From IMG/VR virus record IMGVR_UViG_2846893963_000001, positions 1 to 64,000 of that record: DNA of 64,000 nucleotides; one strand, written 5' to 3'. The stretch's first letter is position 1. The number at the start of each line of letters is the position of its first letter. Shown in pieces: positions 45,516 through 55,395 of the stretch. Made by a program: the position numbers and the translations under genes. The stretch comes from a virus (taxonomy: Duplodnaviria; Caudoviricetes). The notes below the pieces were generated by a model that worked only from the letters and a program-made list of their open reading frames with translations, was not told the origin of the DNA and searched no databases.

Positions 45516-47470
45516 TAGAGAGGTATGTTAATGTCCACAAAATCAGCCGTTTCTTCGGCTTCAATATCGTTTCTTGCCAATGCTTCCAGCGCGTAATAAA
45601 CGGGATTGATGTTGCCGGGCTGGTAGAGGGTGCGCACCGCAGACCCCGCCTGCATGTACACATCCCCGCTCGCGTTCCCCGGCAAATCAGTAACTATCGA
45701 ACTAATCCCCAAGCCCGTTTCAAAGGCATTAACGCCGCGCACCGCCGCGATTTTATGCAGCTGCACCGTCTGCCCTCCGCCCGTCAGCAAATAGAGGCTG
45801 CCGTACGAAATATATTCGCTCTCGAATTTGTACTGGGTTCGTTGATGATAGATAATTTTATTAACGATTGAAGGTATAGGCTCGTTATGCGTCGCGGGCA
45901 CAAAACTTGTAGTAGTTTTCACCCTCCACCCTGCCGCCTTGGAAAGAGCGTAAATCTCACGCACCTTGACCACGTAGCCCCCGCGGGTCGCATCCCGTAC
46001 ATTATCAAATGTGATGTCCAGAATTTCGCCGCTGTTGTGGGCCAGATTATTGCCAGGGATAATACTGTACGATCCCTGGGTTAAATCAGATCTTGTCGTT
46101 TTGCTGCCTCGTCCGATGCCTATGGTAATTTTGCCTGCGCCGAGTATGCGCCACGGAATGGAGAATCCCGCAAAGTTGGAATAATTATGTTGACCGTTAG
46201 GCCCTGTGAAGGGAAAGACAATCGTGCTGTGAGTCCCGGCAGGCACTCTAACCTGCGCATACTGGCCGGGAATGAAAGCGGTAGTTGCCGCCGTCCCTGT
46301 CGCCGTAATGCTGCCCGTGTTGAGGTAGGCGTGCTGGGAAAAAATGTCCGTCACTCCGGCCAAGCCTGCGGCATGCAGGCGGTTGACCGCTGCCGTATCC
46401 GTCGGCGCTCCCACGGCCAGCGGAATATTCACCCCTCCGTTGGCGTTAATAGCCCCCGCCGCCGTCAGACCTCCGGCCAGCGTCATGTTGCCGGAGGCGT
46501 CCACTTCTGGGATGGCCTCAAGGGCCTGCTGGGCCGCCGTCGCGGAGCTAGCCGCGCTGGTGGCCGCTGTCGTGGCATTAGTTGCCGCCGTATTGATACG
46601 CCTCTCCGCCTGATCTATAGCCTCTTTGGCGGTTTCGGCGCGCTGAACAAGGGGCGTGACCGCTCCCACCGCTTCCGTCTGCGCTGTCTGGACGGCTTGA
46701 ACAGCGGTACTTTGCGCGCTGGCTATATTCTGCTGCGCGGTCTGTGAGGCCCGCCCCACGGCAAGCACGGAATCAGCCTGTTTGTCCTGAATAGCAGTAA
46801 CAGCCTCATTCCTGGCCTCAATAATCTGTTGTTTTCCCTCCCTGACCGTTTCCGGCCAAGTGGTAGCCAGCGACTCCACAGCCGTTTTAGCGGCATGGGC
46901 ACTCTTAGCGTCACGAGCCGCGTTGGTTGCGGACGTGCCGGCGGCGGCCTCGGAAGCGGCGGCGGCCCTTTTGGAGGCCAAAGCGGAACCTGCATAACCT
47001 TCCGTTTCTTCGGCTTTTTTCACCACAGTTTCATACATCATTTCCCATGCCGGCCGGGCAGAATTCGGCAAATGCTCATCCCCTATCAACCCCGGTTCCA
47101 GATAGAAATTCAACGGAAGAGAATGATAAACACCTTTCCCTTCCTCCGTCTCCACCAGCACGGCCACCTGCGCCTCTATAGTTTTGCCCTCCGCGTCCCT
47201 GGCCGCCGCCCGTATTTCCTGTGTATCAAAATCAACCACCATTGCCACGGCCCCGTCCGTTATTTGCTCTTCCTGATAAGCCAATAACTGCCCGTTCCTT
47301 TTATGATAGGCCGCCAACGTAACGCGCCCGGCCTCAAGCTCACGCCCCAAAAAGGATAAAGACACGGGCACATCCTGCCTGCGGACAAGACGCACCCCGC
47401 ACAAATTCATATTTTCATCACCCGTGCGGTTCCGAAAAATCCCGCTCTCAATTTCCAAATAAAGCTCCAT
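45515..47470 (-). CDS. Tail fibre / receptor-binding protein
   Basis: BppU-like N-terminal domain, Ala-rich coiled coil, then a beta-rich C-terminal domain. Start ATG 47470. Confidence 0.75.
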   Translation of the reverse strand: MELYLEIESGIFRNRTGDENMNLCGVRLVRRQDVPVSLSFLGRELEAGRVTLAAYHKRNGQLLAYQEEQITDGAVAMVVDFDTQEIRAAARDAEGKTIEAQVAVLVETEEGKGVYHSLPLNFYLEPGLIGDEHLPNSARPAWEMMYETVVKKAEETEGYAGSALASKRAAAASEAAAGTSATNAARDAKSAHAAKTAVESLATTWPETVREGKQQIIEARNEAVTAIQDKQADSVLAVGRASQTAQQNIASAQSTAVQAVQTAQTEAVGAVTPLVQRAETAKEAIDQAERRINTAATNATTAATSAASSATAAQQALEAIPEVDASGNMTLAGGLTAAGAINANGGVNIPLAVGAPTDTAAVNRLHAAGLAGVTDIFSQHAYLNTGSITATGTAATTAFIPGQYAQVRVPAGTHSTIVFPFTGPNGQHNYSNFAGFSIPWRILGAGKITIGIGRGSKTTRSDLTQGSYSIIPGNNLAHNSGEILDITFDNVRDATRGGYVVKVREIYALSKAAGWRVKTTTSFVPATHNEPIPSIVNKIIYHQRTQYKFESEYISYGSLYLLTGGGQTVQLHKIAAVRGVNAFETGLGISSIVTDLPGNASGDVYMQAGSAVRTLYQPGNINPVYYALEALARNDIEAEETADFVDINIPL

Positions 47471-47471
47471 C

Positions 47472-48248
47472 CTACCCTTCAGGAGCTTTTTCAAAAGTCT
47501 TGGAATCAGGCCCGCTAGCATGCAATATCCACCACATCACCCGCGCGCACGCTTCCCGGATCGTCACTCCGTCACGCTCCACAATAGGATGATAAAACGC
47601 CATTTGCCCGCAATGAACCGCGCACACGCCGCCGCGCGCCAGGCGGGCGATTTCCGCCAGATCGCGCGGATCACACGTCCGAACGCCAATCAGACGCCGC
47701 CCGCCCCGGAATTCCAGCACGTCCACCCCGGCGGACCCGTACAGGTATAACAGAATTTTTGAAATGGTTTCATCTTCCGGATATTCCTGACGGGCGTTTT
47801 CCGGCCATTCCCGCCGGGCAAGCAGTTCCAGCGCGGCCTTGATGGCTGGGCGCGTCAGCCAGTAGCAGCAGCCGGCCCAGGCAAGCGGCACGCTGCACTG
47901 CATTCCCCCCGCTACTTTCCCGCGGTCTTTCAGGGACCGTATAATCTCCGCCGGGTCCATCAGCAACGTATCCGCGTCAATCTTGATAACCGGATCATCC
48001 CCCGGTATGTCCAGCATGCACCCCAGCATGCCGCGCACGCATTCCAGGCCGTTCAAATTCCCCCGGCGCGCAAAATAGGTGATTTTGTAGGATATATCGT
48101 TTCCCGCGGGGACTTGTGCCGGAAATAAAGGCTTCGCGGCATCATCAAATAAATAAAACTGGGCGGCCCGGTCAATGCTTCGTATCTGTTCCAGACACAG
48201 CCCCAGGCATTGGTGATCTTCTCGATAGCAAAATATGGCGTAGTTCAT
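47472..48248 (-). CDS. Phage glycosyltransferase-like protein (GT-A fold, DxD)
   Basis: YAIFCY...YLFDDA...RRGNLNG...VIKIDADTLL...AGCCYWLTR...PEDETIS. Confidence 0.65.
   Translation of the reverse strand: MNYAIFCYREDHQCLGLCLEQIRSIDRAAQFYLFDDAAKPLFPAQVPAGNDISYKITYFARRGNLNGLECVRGMLGCMLDIPGDDPVIKIDADTLLMDPAEIIRSLKDRGKVAGGMQCSVPLAWAGCCYWLTRPAIKAALELLARREWPENARQEYPEDETISKILLYLYGSAGVDVLEFRGGRRLIGVRTCDPRDLAEIARLARGGVCAVHCGQMAFYHPIVERDGVTIREACARVMWWILHASGPDSKTFEKAPEG
47473..47496 (-). promoter_or_regulatory. 24-bp late-gene motif, copy 1
   Basis: TTTTGAAAAAGCTCCTGAAGGGTA, 2 nt before the tail-fibre ATG. Confidence 0.65.
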
Positions 48249-48254
48249 TGTTGT

Positions 48255-50141
48255 TTAGTTGATGGGTGAATATATTTGGGATGTTGTAATCCATTGCCCC
48301 TGCTGGATATAGATTTGTCCGTTTTCGTCCCGGTGCAGGCGTAAGGCGTGGTCAGTGTCGCAGGCCAACGCTGTCCAGGAATCGCTGATCATGGCTCCGT
48401 CCCCGCCGCCGGTCGTGTTGGACGTATCTACCACCAAATCAAGCTGGGTGCCTAATAACCCCAAGGCAATCGTTGTTCCGTCCGGCAAGGTGTGTGGCTC
48501 CTTGACATAATCCAGCACAACATACTTCCCATTTTTCCGCAAAGGGGCGCGAAAACTCAATTCTTCCGCGTCGCCTCCAGGAGTGACCACGAGGGACAAT
48601 ACCCCCGCCGTAGCATTGGACAATCCCACGGAAGCCCCTCCACCTAAATCATGAACGCTGGTATCTACCGTTAAATCAAGTTCCCCCTTCAATCCCTCAG
48701 GAGAGACGGACAAGTTTACAGGCCATTTCCCCGGCTTGGGAGAATCTGCCTCCGTTGAATCAATCTTGACCTGTAAAATCTGCGTATCAATGTCATTCCC
48801 GTCCTGATCCTTGTCCTTTTTCCATTCAAGGCCATCCCCAGGTTCCACTTTTTGGGCGGAAAATGACAGTTTTCCTTCTTCATCCTTAATGTTGACCGAG
48901 CCGTCAGAAGAACATAACAGTTTCAGCTTGTAAGGTTCTCCCTTGTTTTCGCCTTGCCCTCCCTGATCCCCTCCCTGATCCCCTCCCTGATTTCCTTCGG
49001 AGTTCCCGCCGTCTTCCTTTTCTTCGTAAATCAGGGAACAATCTCCGTTGGACGGTTCCTTTGCGTCCTCAATAAGAGCGGCAATTTCTTTTTCCCGCTC
49101 TTCCGTTGAATCCACAATCTCTATCCCCTTCCCGGCTTTCAACCCCAATTCATCAGGAGCAACCCCGCAATAAACCGCTCCCAGGGCATACTGTTTTACT
49201 GACACCAGAGACGGCAAATTACCATCCTCCGGCAAGGGTTCTTCAAGCTTCTCCACCTTCGCCAAAAGGAAGCAATAGGTGAATTCCTCTTCGGCTTCTT
49301 CATCATCCGGTTCCGCTACATACTGGAGCGGCTTGGAAGATCCTTTCGTTTCTTTCAGTTCGGCACTTGTAATGACGCCATCCCCGGTGCATTTCACTTC
49401 CAGCCAGATTTCCCCCTCTTCTTTCGGTGCCACCTCCCAGGTACCCCCTCCGCGCTGCGCCAGTTGCCCGGCTATGTAAATATCGCCCTTCTTAACATAG
49501 GCCATATCCGGCGCGCCTTCTTCATCCGTATCAACCACAACCCTCCAACCCTCATTCAGGGAACTTTGAGCATAATGAACATGGCCGCTCCACGCCTCAT
49601 GATACTTCAAGACCTTTTCTCCGGCTTCATCCGTTTCTTCCTTGAATTCCCCAAGATAAATTCTGACCGCGCGCGCCAGCCCTATTTCCTCCGCCGTCAC
49701 TTCCGCATACGTAATGCAATCATGGTTATCCGCGCTCCGCTCAAGATACAAAAATACCTTATCCCCTCCCTGCACGGACAAAAAAGGCGGTTCCTCCGCC
49801 TGATCCATCTTTTCCCCGTTAAGTTCCGGCTTAATGCGCCGCACGCCGCCCGGATGCACTTCAAAAACCATGCCGGGCCAGAAATACGCCTTATATCCCG
49901 CATCCCCCTTTTCCAGCCTCTTCAGCGTAAACGGCGCGCCTTCTCCTGCTTTGTTCCTCCCCCCCGTCGGCCTTATGGTTAATGACGTGCCGCCCAGCCC
50001 CCGGTTAAACGTGTAACCAACCCCGTTCTGCAAGCGGCAAGATTTGGCCAACTGCTCCAGTTCCCGGCACCCCTTAACCAGACGCCTCAACTTAGACGCG
50101 CTCAACTCTTCCCCTTGATTAAAAAACGGCCAGCTAATCAT
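48255..50141 (-). CDS. Minor tail / baseplate protein, acidic
   Basis: 628 aa, second gene after the tape measure gene. Contains a QGGD x3 repeat. Confidence 0.65.
   Translation of the reverse strand: MISWPFFNQGEELSASKLRRLVKGCRELEQLAKSCRLQNGVGYTFNRGLGGTSLTIRPTGGRNKAGEGAPFTLKRLEKGDAGYKAYFWPGMVFEVHPGGVRRIKPELNGEKMDQAEEPPFLSVQGGDKVFLYLERSADNHDCITYAEVTAEEIGLARAVRIYLGEFKEETDEAGEKVLKYHEAWSGHVHYAQSSLNEGWRVVVDTDEEGAPDMAYVKKGDIYIAGQLAQRGGGTWEVAPKEEGEIWLEVKCTGDGVITSAELKETKGSSKPLQYVAEPDDEEAEEEFTYCFLLAKVEKLEEPLPEDGNLPSLVSVKQYALGAVYCGVAPDELGLKAGKGIEIVDSTEEREKEIAALIEDAKEPSNGDCSLIYEEKEDGGNSEGNQGGDQGGDQGGQGENKGEPYKLKLLCSSDGSVNIKDEEGKLSFSAQKVEPGDGLEWKKDKDQDGNDIDTQILQVKIDSTEADSPKPGKWPVNLSVSPEGLKGELDLTVDTSVHDLGGGASVGLSNATAGVLSLVVTPGGDAEELSFRAPLRKNGKYVVLDYVKEPHTLPDGTTIALGLLGTQLDLVVDTSNTTGGGDGAMISDSWTALACDTDHALRLHRDENGQIYIQQGQWITTSQIYSPIN
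48957..48992. repeat. 12-bp tandem repeat x3 (QGGD)
   Basis: CCCTCCCTGATC units. Confidence 0.8.
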
Positions 50142-50144
50142 AAA

Positions 50145-50876
50145 TCAATATAAATCAGAATCCCAGCCATCCGGACCGCTCAACCTCCAGGAAACCGTCT
50201 GACGCCAATTCCCGGTTCCCGTCCTGCGACCGCTCACGCCCTCTTTGATCCAATCATATTTTCCGCTTACCGCGGGCGCGCCGCTGCCCGGAGCCCCTTT
50301 TTTTCCGACCCCGGCCATGCTCAACGCCTGAACGGTAGAAGTGACGGAAAAAACCCCTCCGGGACACAAAAAACTAACCTGTCCTTTACGCATTTTTTCC
50401 ATGGCCTTCTTCCCGGCCTCCGATTTCACAACATCCTCAATCACCTTATCCTCTTTCCCAAACGTATCTTTAGGAGAAGCCCCGGACGCCATAGCCATCA
50501 ATGCGTCTTTTTCTTCCCCATCTATGTCCTGAAAGTTCGGATGCGTCAGCAACGGCTGTTCAGAGCAGGAATAATCCATGGAATATTCCACTTCCTCCCC
50601 TCCACCGAATTCAAAAGACGTTTCCCGCGGCAACTCGTAATAGAGCGTCACCCTCACCATATCCCCCTCCATTCCTTCCATGCTTATCTTTTTGAGCCTC
50701 AAAGCGGCATCATCAGGATAAGCGGACCCTATTGACGGGCACCGGGTATTCCAGCCCTCCTGATTGTCCGTGTAAACAATCCTCCCCACAGCCCTTACTT
50801 CCCCTTCATCCCCCCGTTCTATTTCCAGCGTCTTTTCATGCGTTTCCCGCTTCTTAATGTTAATTTTTCTTCCCAT
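50145..50876 (-). CDS. Tail protein following the tape measure gene (distal-tail position)
   Basis: Position directly after TMP. 243 aa. Confidence 0.6.
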   Translation of the reverse strand: MGRKINIKKRETHEKTLEIERGDEGEVRAVGRIVYTDNQEGWNTRCPSIGSAYPDDAALRLKKISMEGMEGDMVRVTLYYELPRETSFEFGGGEEVEYSMDYSCSEQPLLTHPNFQDIDGEEKDALMAMASGASPKDTFGKEDKVIEDVVKSEAGKKAMEKMRKGQVSFLCPGGVFSVTSTVQALSMAGVGKKGAPGSGAPAVSGKYDWIKEGVSGRRTGTGNWRQTVSWRLSGPDGWDSDLY

Positions 50877-50911
50877 ATTTATTATTCTCTCTCTATCATT
50901 TAGCGGCTATT

Positions 50912-53518
50912 TCAATATCCCAGCACGGCCGCCGTTTTCAGGGTTCCCCTCCGCCCCGCGCCCGTGTTTTTCACGATCTGCTGAAGCAAATTTGTCTGCT
51001 TCCTCGCTTCCGTAAGTTGCGGCATGCTCCCCATCATGGAGCGGCCCCCGCCGCCCACTTGCGCCAGACTGTCCGCTATGGGTCCGCTCCCTTCCTTCCG
51101 GTCCTTCCGCCGCTCCACCATATCCTCCAACCCGGCCATGCCGCGGGCACGCCTCATGGCCGTCTTCCTGTCTATCCCCAAGCCGCGCTGCTGGTCATAA
51201 ATTTCCTTCATGCGCTCCGCCATCTTCAGCCGCCGCTCTTCCGCCTTGTTTCCCTCCGCCTGAGCTTTCAACAGGGCCATTTGCCGGCGGTATTCGCGCC
51301 CGGCCTGCGCCCGGTTCCTGTTCTGCTCCAGGGCGGCTATTTCACGGGCCGCCGCGCCGGCGCGGGCCTTGCTCATGCCATCCGCCTCATATTGGTTTTG
51401 CAGCTCCAGCACGCGCGCCTGCTCCTGCAACACGCGCAGCTTATCCTTCTGCCCGTGAATTTCCGCGCGCAGCAGGGCAGCCTGCTTCTGGTGTTTGGCT
51501 TCCGCCTTGTCCCATTCCTTATTCCGCTCCACTATTTCACGATCCACCTCTTCCACCTTGCCAAGCAATTCATACAGGCTCTTGATTCTGGATTCCACCC
51601 CCTCCAGATTCAACATGCCGTCCACGGCGTCCCCGCCATCCAGCAGGGCTTTCTGCTCCGCAATGGCCTTCTTGAGGCCCTCAATGCTCCCATATCCTCC
51701 CAGCAGGTCTTTTTTCCGGTCCTCCAGCCCCATTCCGCTGCGCCGCCTCTCCCTCTCTTCTTCCGCCCGGTCATAATCCAGGGATAACAATTCATCTTGT
51801 ATTTCCCTGATTTTTTCCAGCGTCTTCTTCCGTGCCTCTTCCGTCTGCTGCCCGCGCTGCGCCGCCCGTTCCCGCGTCTCCGCCGCTTTCGCGTTCGCTT
51901 CCGCCACCTGCTGCAACTCCTTCCGCTCACGTTGCAACAGCACCAGCCTATCCTGCACCGCAACCGTCATTCTCCCCAGCGGATCTTCCGCCAGCAGGTC
52001 TTCTTCTTCGCGCTTCAGGCGTTTAATTTCAGCGTCATATTCATCCATGACGCGCCCCACGTCCAGCTTGCTGGACGCCTCCCCGGCCATCTTTTTGATC
52101 CGTTCATCAAAATCAACATTATCCCGGCCAAAATTTTTTTCCTTTTCCTGCACGTCTTTAGGCACATGGCCAAACGCATCAGATCCTACCCTATACAACT
52201 CCGATACAGCATAGGAAATAGCCGCAATGGCCGCCATAATGGCCGGCCCCTTCAGGGAAGCGGCCAAATCGGCCCCCATGCGCGCCCATGTGCGTTTCGC
52301 GGTCAACCCCACCGCCCGAACGGCTGAATCAAACCTCTTCATATTTCCCCCGGCCAGGCGCAATTCATTGTTGTAATCCACCCGGAAAGCCGCGGCCGCC
52401 GCCTGAATGGAACGCCCCACGGAAGAATTTGCCGCCATGCCTACAGCCTTCCACGCCCCCCAGGCCAGAATGCCGCTACGGATCATCTTTTCAACCCGGC
52501 CGCCTCCCGCGGCTACTGAAGCCAGGCCGCCCCCTACTGCGGAAACGATAGGCGCGGCCGCTTTCACAATCCCCCCCAGCAATTCACCCGTTTTCCTCAA
52601 GCCGCGCTCCACCTCCGGCCCATGACCGGCCCATGACGCGCCTATGGAGTCCATGGCATCCTTGATGCCGCTTGTTACCGGTTCCGCAAAAATACGGCTC
52701 AACGCTCCAACCTTGCCTTTCAGGGTCTCCACTCTGCTCTCTATATCCTGCGTATTTTTCTCCATCCCCCCCGCAAACTGCCCGCTGCCGGAACCCATGG
52801 ATTTCAAAGCACTAAAAACTTGGCTAAATCCGACCTTCCCTTTAGACATCATATCCTTTAACTCCGCCCTCGTTTTTCCCGCCTGTTTTGCCATTTGCCC
52901 CATAACGTCAATACCGCTTAACGTAAATGGTTCTAATGTTTCCACATCCACCTTCCCCATTTGAAAAGCCTTGGAAAGCCGCGCCGCTACTGTTTCCAGA
53001 CTGGCACCACCACCAGCCGCCACATTCCCAAGAGCCTCTAATGTACTTTTTAACTCGCTCGCCCTGACGCCGCACCCAAGAAGCAACTGCGCCGCCCGTT
53101 GCGTTTCCGCCAGCCCGAATGGCGGCGTATCAGCAAAATCCACCACATCCCGCGCCGCTTCCGCCGCGCTTGACGCGCCGCCCGTGAATGCCTCCATGCG
53201 CCGGGTTACTCTCTCCAGGTCATCCCCGCCCGCCAGCATGGCGGAAAATTTGCCCCAGCCTGCCCGCAGGCCGTTAATGGCGGCCCCTACCCCCGTAATG
53301 GTGGCGCTCATATTGATAAGACCGGCATTCAGCCGTTTACACGCCTTCCGGCCCTCCTGATCCATGCCCTTCAGCCCCTTCACGGCCTCCCCCGTGCTTC
53401 CGCCCACGGCCCCCTGCAAGGCTTCGGACATGCCGCTTGCCGCTTTCCTGCTTTCCTCCGTTGCGGCAATAAAGCCGGAAGCGTCCCCGTCAATTTTAAT
53501 AGTTGCCCCTTCGCTCAT
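50912..53518 (-). CDS. Tail tape measure protein
   Basis: IKIDGDASGF start, tape-measure domain (FADTPPF.L.E...AAQLL.G), long coiled coils. Confidence 0.9.
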   Translation of the reverse strand: MSEGATIKIDGDASGFIAATEESRKAASGMSEALQGAVGGSTGEAVKGLKGMDQEGRKACKRLNAGLINMSATITGVGAAINGLRAGWGKFSAMLAGGDDLERVTRRMEAFTGGASSAAEAARDVVDFADTPPFGLAETQRAAQLLLGCGVRASELKSTLEALGNVAAGGGASLETVAARLSKAFQMGKVDVETLEPFTLSGIDVMGQMAKQAGKTRAELKDMMSKGKVGFSQVFSALKSMGSGSGQFAGGMEKNTQDIESRVETLKGKVGALSRIFAEPVTSGIKDAMDSIGASWAGHGPEVERGLRKTGELLGGIVKAAAPIVSAVGGGLASVAAGGGRVEKMIRSGILAWGAWKAVGMAANSSVGRSIQAAAAAFRVDYNNELRLAGGNMKRFDSAVRAVGLTAKRTWARMGADLAASLKGPAIMAAIAAISYAVSELYRVGSDAFGHVPKDVQEKEKNFGRDNVDFDERIKKMAGEASSKLDVGRVMDEYDAEIKRLKREEEDLLAEDPLGRMTVAVQDRLVLLQRERKELQQVAEANAKAAETRERAAQRGQQTEEARKKTLEKIREIQDELLSLDYDRAEEERERRRSGMGLEDRKKDLLGGYGSIEGLKKAIAEQKALLDGGDAVDGMLNLEGVESRIKSLYELLGKVEEVDREIVERNKEWDKAEAKHQKQAALLRAEIHGQKDKLRVLQEQARVLELQNQYEADGMSKARAGAAAREIAALEQNRNRAQAGREYRRQMALLKAQAEGNKAEERRLKMAERMKEIYDQQRGLGIDRKTAMRRARGMAGLEDMVERRKDRKEGSGPIADSLAQVGGGGRSMMGSMPQLTEARKQTNLLQQIVKNTGAGRRGTLKTAAVLGY

Positions 53519-53564
53519 AATCGTTTTCCGTTGACTATTATTGTAAATGTTCTAAATTTAACCT

Positions 53565-53726
53565 ATGGACTTCATTCTTTACGTCCTGAAAAGAATTCTT
53601 GCCGTTGCCTTTCTTGCGGGGGTATCGCTTGCCATCCTGTACCATGGCACTCCGTGGATTATTGCCTTTGTCCTCGTACTGCTCTACCTGCTTTTCCACG
53701 GCACCTCCACCCCTGCCAAAAAGTAG
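53565..53726 (+). CDS. Small two-TM membrane moron (53 aa), absent from the supplied ORF track
   Basis: MDFILYVLKRILAVAFLAGVSLAILYHGTPWIIAFVLVLLYLLFHGTSTPAKK, antisense to tail genes. TTGACT-16-TAAATT at 53531-53558. Confidence 0.7.
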   Translation: MDFILYVLKRILAVAFLAGVSLAILYHGTPWIIAFVLVLLYLLFHGTSTPAKK

Positions 53727-53736
53727 AGCAACCGGA

Positions 53737-53952
53737 CTATTCCAGTTGCTCTATCTGTTCTCTCCACGCTTCCCGGGCCTGCTCCAGCACGTCCCCCACA
53801 TGCCCGGAGGATTCCGTGTAGCAGCTCCACCGGCACGGCGTCGCGTCATAGCTCCAAACCGCATGCACGTACTGCACCAGCCGCGCCAGCGGAATTTCCC
53901 ACAGAATTTCCCGTTCCGGCCAACCCGTCACACGCGCCACCGTCATCAGCAT
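53737..53952 (-). CDS. Tail assembly chaperone, frameshift extension (T-like)
   Basis: In the -1 frame relative to the upstream chaperone gene, just before TMP. Confidence 0.7.
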   Translation of the reverse strand: MLMTVARVTGWPEREILWEIPLARLVQYVHAVWSYDATPCRWSCYTESSGHVGDVLEQAREAWREQIEQLE

Positions 53953-54467
53953 GGCCGCGCCCCAGGACGGCCACGCCCTAAAGGGTCCTCTTCATCCTCC
54001 CCTTCCGCCTCCGGAATCACCATCCCCGCCTGAATCACTTCTACATCCCCCAGCACGGCGCATTCCAGTTCCACCAAATCCCGGCCGGGAATGTTCATGG
54101 CAGCCGCTTCCACCAGAACGCGCCGTTCTTCCTCCGGCGCAAAAACCCCTTCCCTGACTTCCTCCCGGTCCCCCATGTGAACCCACAGGAATTCCGCCAG
54201 ATAATAGACAATTTGCGCCTTGTCAGTTACGCCCAGGGCTTCCCACATGGACGGATGCCGCCCGTTTTCATCCGGGCCCAGGTTAATTTCCCCCAAGCGG
54301 CAGTAAGGATTTCCGATGCGCTGCAACTGCAACATGCTTCCCAGGGTCATGCACCGCAGCCGGTAGTTCTTCCAGCGGAATTCATTTCCCCCGATCAACG
54401 CCGCTTCCGTCAGGGCGCGCCTTTCCTGTTCCTGTAGTTCCATCTTTCTTGCTTTTTTGGTTGTCAA
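53946..54467 (-). CDS. Tail assembly chaperone (G-like)
   Basis: Ends ...EDEEDPLGR... with a slippery heptamer. Confidence 0.75.
   Translation of the reverse strand: MTTKKARKMELQEQERRALTEAALIGGNEFRWKNYRLRCMTLGSMLQLQRIGNPYCRLGEINLGPDENGRHPSMWEALGVTDKAQIVYYLAEFLWVHMGDREEVREGVFAPEEERRVLVEAAAMNIPGRDLVELECAVLGDVEVIQAGMVIPEAEGEDEEDPLGRGRPGARPC
53979..53985 (-). other. -1 programmed frameshift heptamer C CCT TTA
   Basis: X XXY YYZ in frame. A -1 slip gives DP(F/L)RAWPSWGAAMLMTV..., in frame with 53737-53952. Confidence 0.8.
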
Positions 54468-54472
54468 TTAAG

Positions 54473-54949
54473 TTAGATTAAAGGCCGGCCGCCAAGAAAA
54501 CCCTCCGCCACGCCCTGCCAATACGGATCCGCATCCAACCGCACCAGGGCCTTCCTTTTCCCCTTGCGGATGACGGCAAGCGGCACCTGGCTTTTCACAA
54601 AATCCAATAACCGCTTGTAATTATGGAACGCGCACGCCACGTAAGCCAGCGGGCTTTCATTTTCCGGGTCAGTCAGCCAATTCTTATCCCCGAAAAGCTT
54701 GATTACTTCCTCCGTCCTAAACCTTCCATCTTCGCTTTTCGGCTCAAATTGCCAGGTAATCACCCCGCCCGGCGCGGAAAGGCGCGCGCCGCTGCCTATC
54801 AGCACGCTTCCGGACGTGCATTTCATGTTTACTCCCAGCGTCAGCAGCAACGCGGCAAGCATGGTGTTTTCCGTTTCGTATCTGGAGGCGTTTTCGGTAA
54901 AAACTACCACATCACTTTCCAGTTTTTTATTGTCTGCGGCATTCATCAA
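54473..54949 (-). CDS. Phage hypothetical protein between tail tube and chaperone
   Basis: 158-aa ORF, tightly packed and co-oriented. Confidence 0.65.
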   Translation of the reverse strand: MMNAADNKKLESDVVVFTENASRYETENTMLAALLLTLGVNMKCTSGSVLIGSGARLSAPGGVITWQFEPKSEDGRFRTEEVIKLFGDKNWLTDPENESPLAYVACAFHNYKRLLDFVKSQVPLAVIRKGKRKALVRLDADPYWQGVAEGFLGGRPLI

Positions 54950-54978
54950 TCTTACTATCTAACTTTTTTATTCAGGCT

Positions 54979-55359
54979 TCAGACAGCCGAAGACGACCCG
55001 AACCCGTAAACAGTGCCGCTCACGTCCATCTTCTGCGCGTCCGTGTTCTTCAAACTGCGCTTCACCCCCTTCAGGAAGACCGTGGTTCCGGTGGGAGGGG
55101 TGTGCCAAATCTGCGGAATTTCATTGGCAAGCGCCAGCGTCCCCCCCATCTTCAAAGATGAAGAGCCGGTTGATAAAACCGCGCCGGACATGGAAAAAGA
55201 AAGTTCTTCATCTACAATCACCAAACCACACTTTTTCCCAACATTGTTTTTCTGTTCATAAATTTCCTGTTGGCCGTCAAAGTCGATCGACTCAACAAAA
55301 ATACCCTGTTCCGGCGAATCAATACCGTATTTGGGCACGTCTCCAATATGTGCAGGCAT
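54979..55359 (-). CDS. Putative major tail (tube) protein
   Basis: Position after the terminator gene. Beta-rich 126 aa. Confidence 0.6.
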   Translation of the reverse strand: MPAHIGDVPKYGIDSPEQGIFVESIDFDGQQEIYEQKNNVGKKCGLVIVDEELSFSMSGAVLSTGSSSLKMGGTLALANEIPQIWHTPPTGTTVFLKGVKRSLKNTDAQKMDVSGTVYGFGSSSAV

Positions 55360-55395
55360 ATAATCTATTTCCTTTCGTGTTAGAGTTCATCTATC

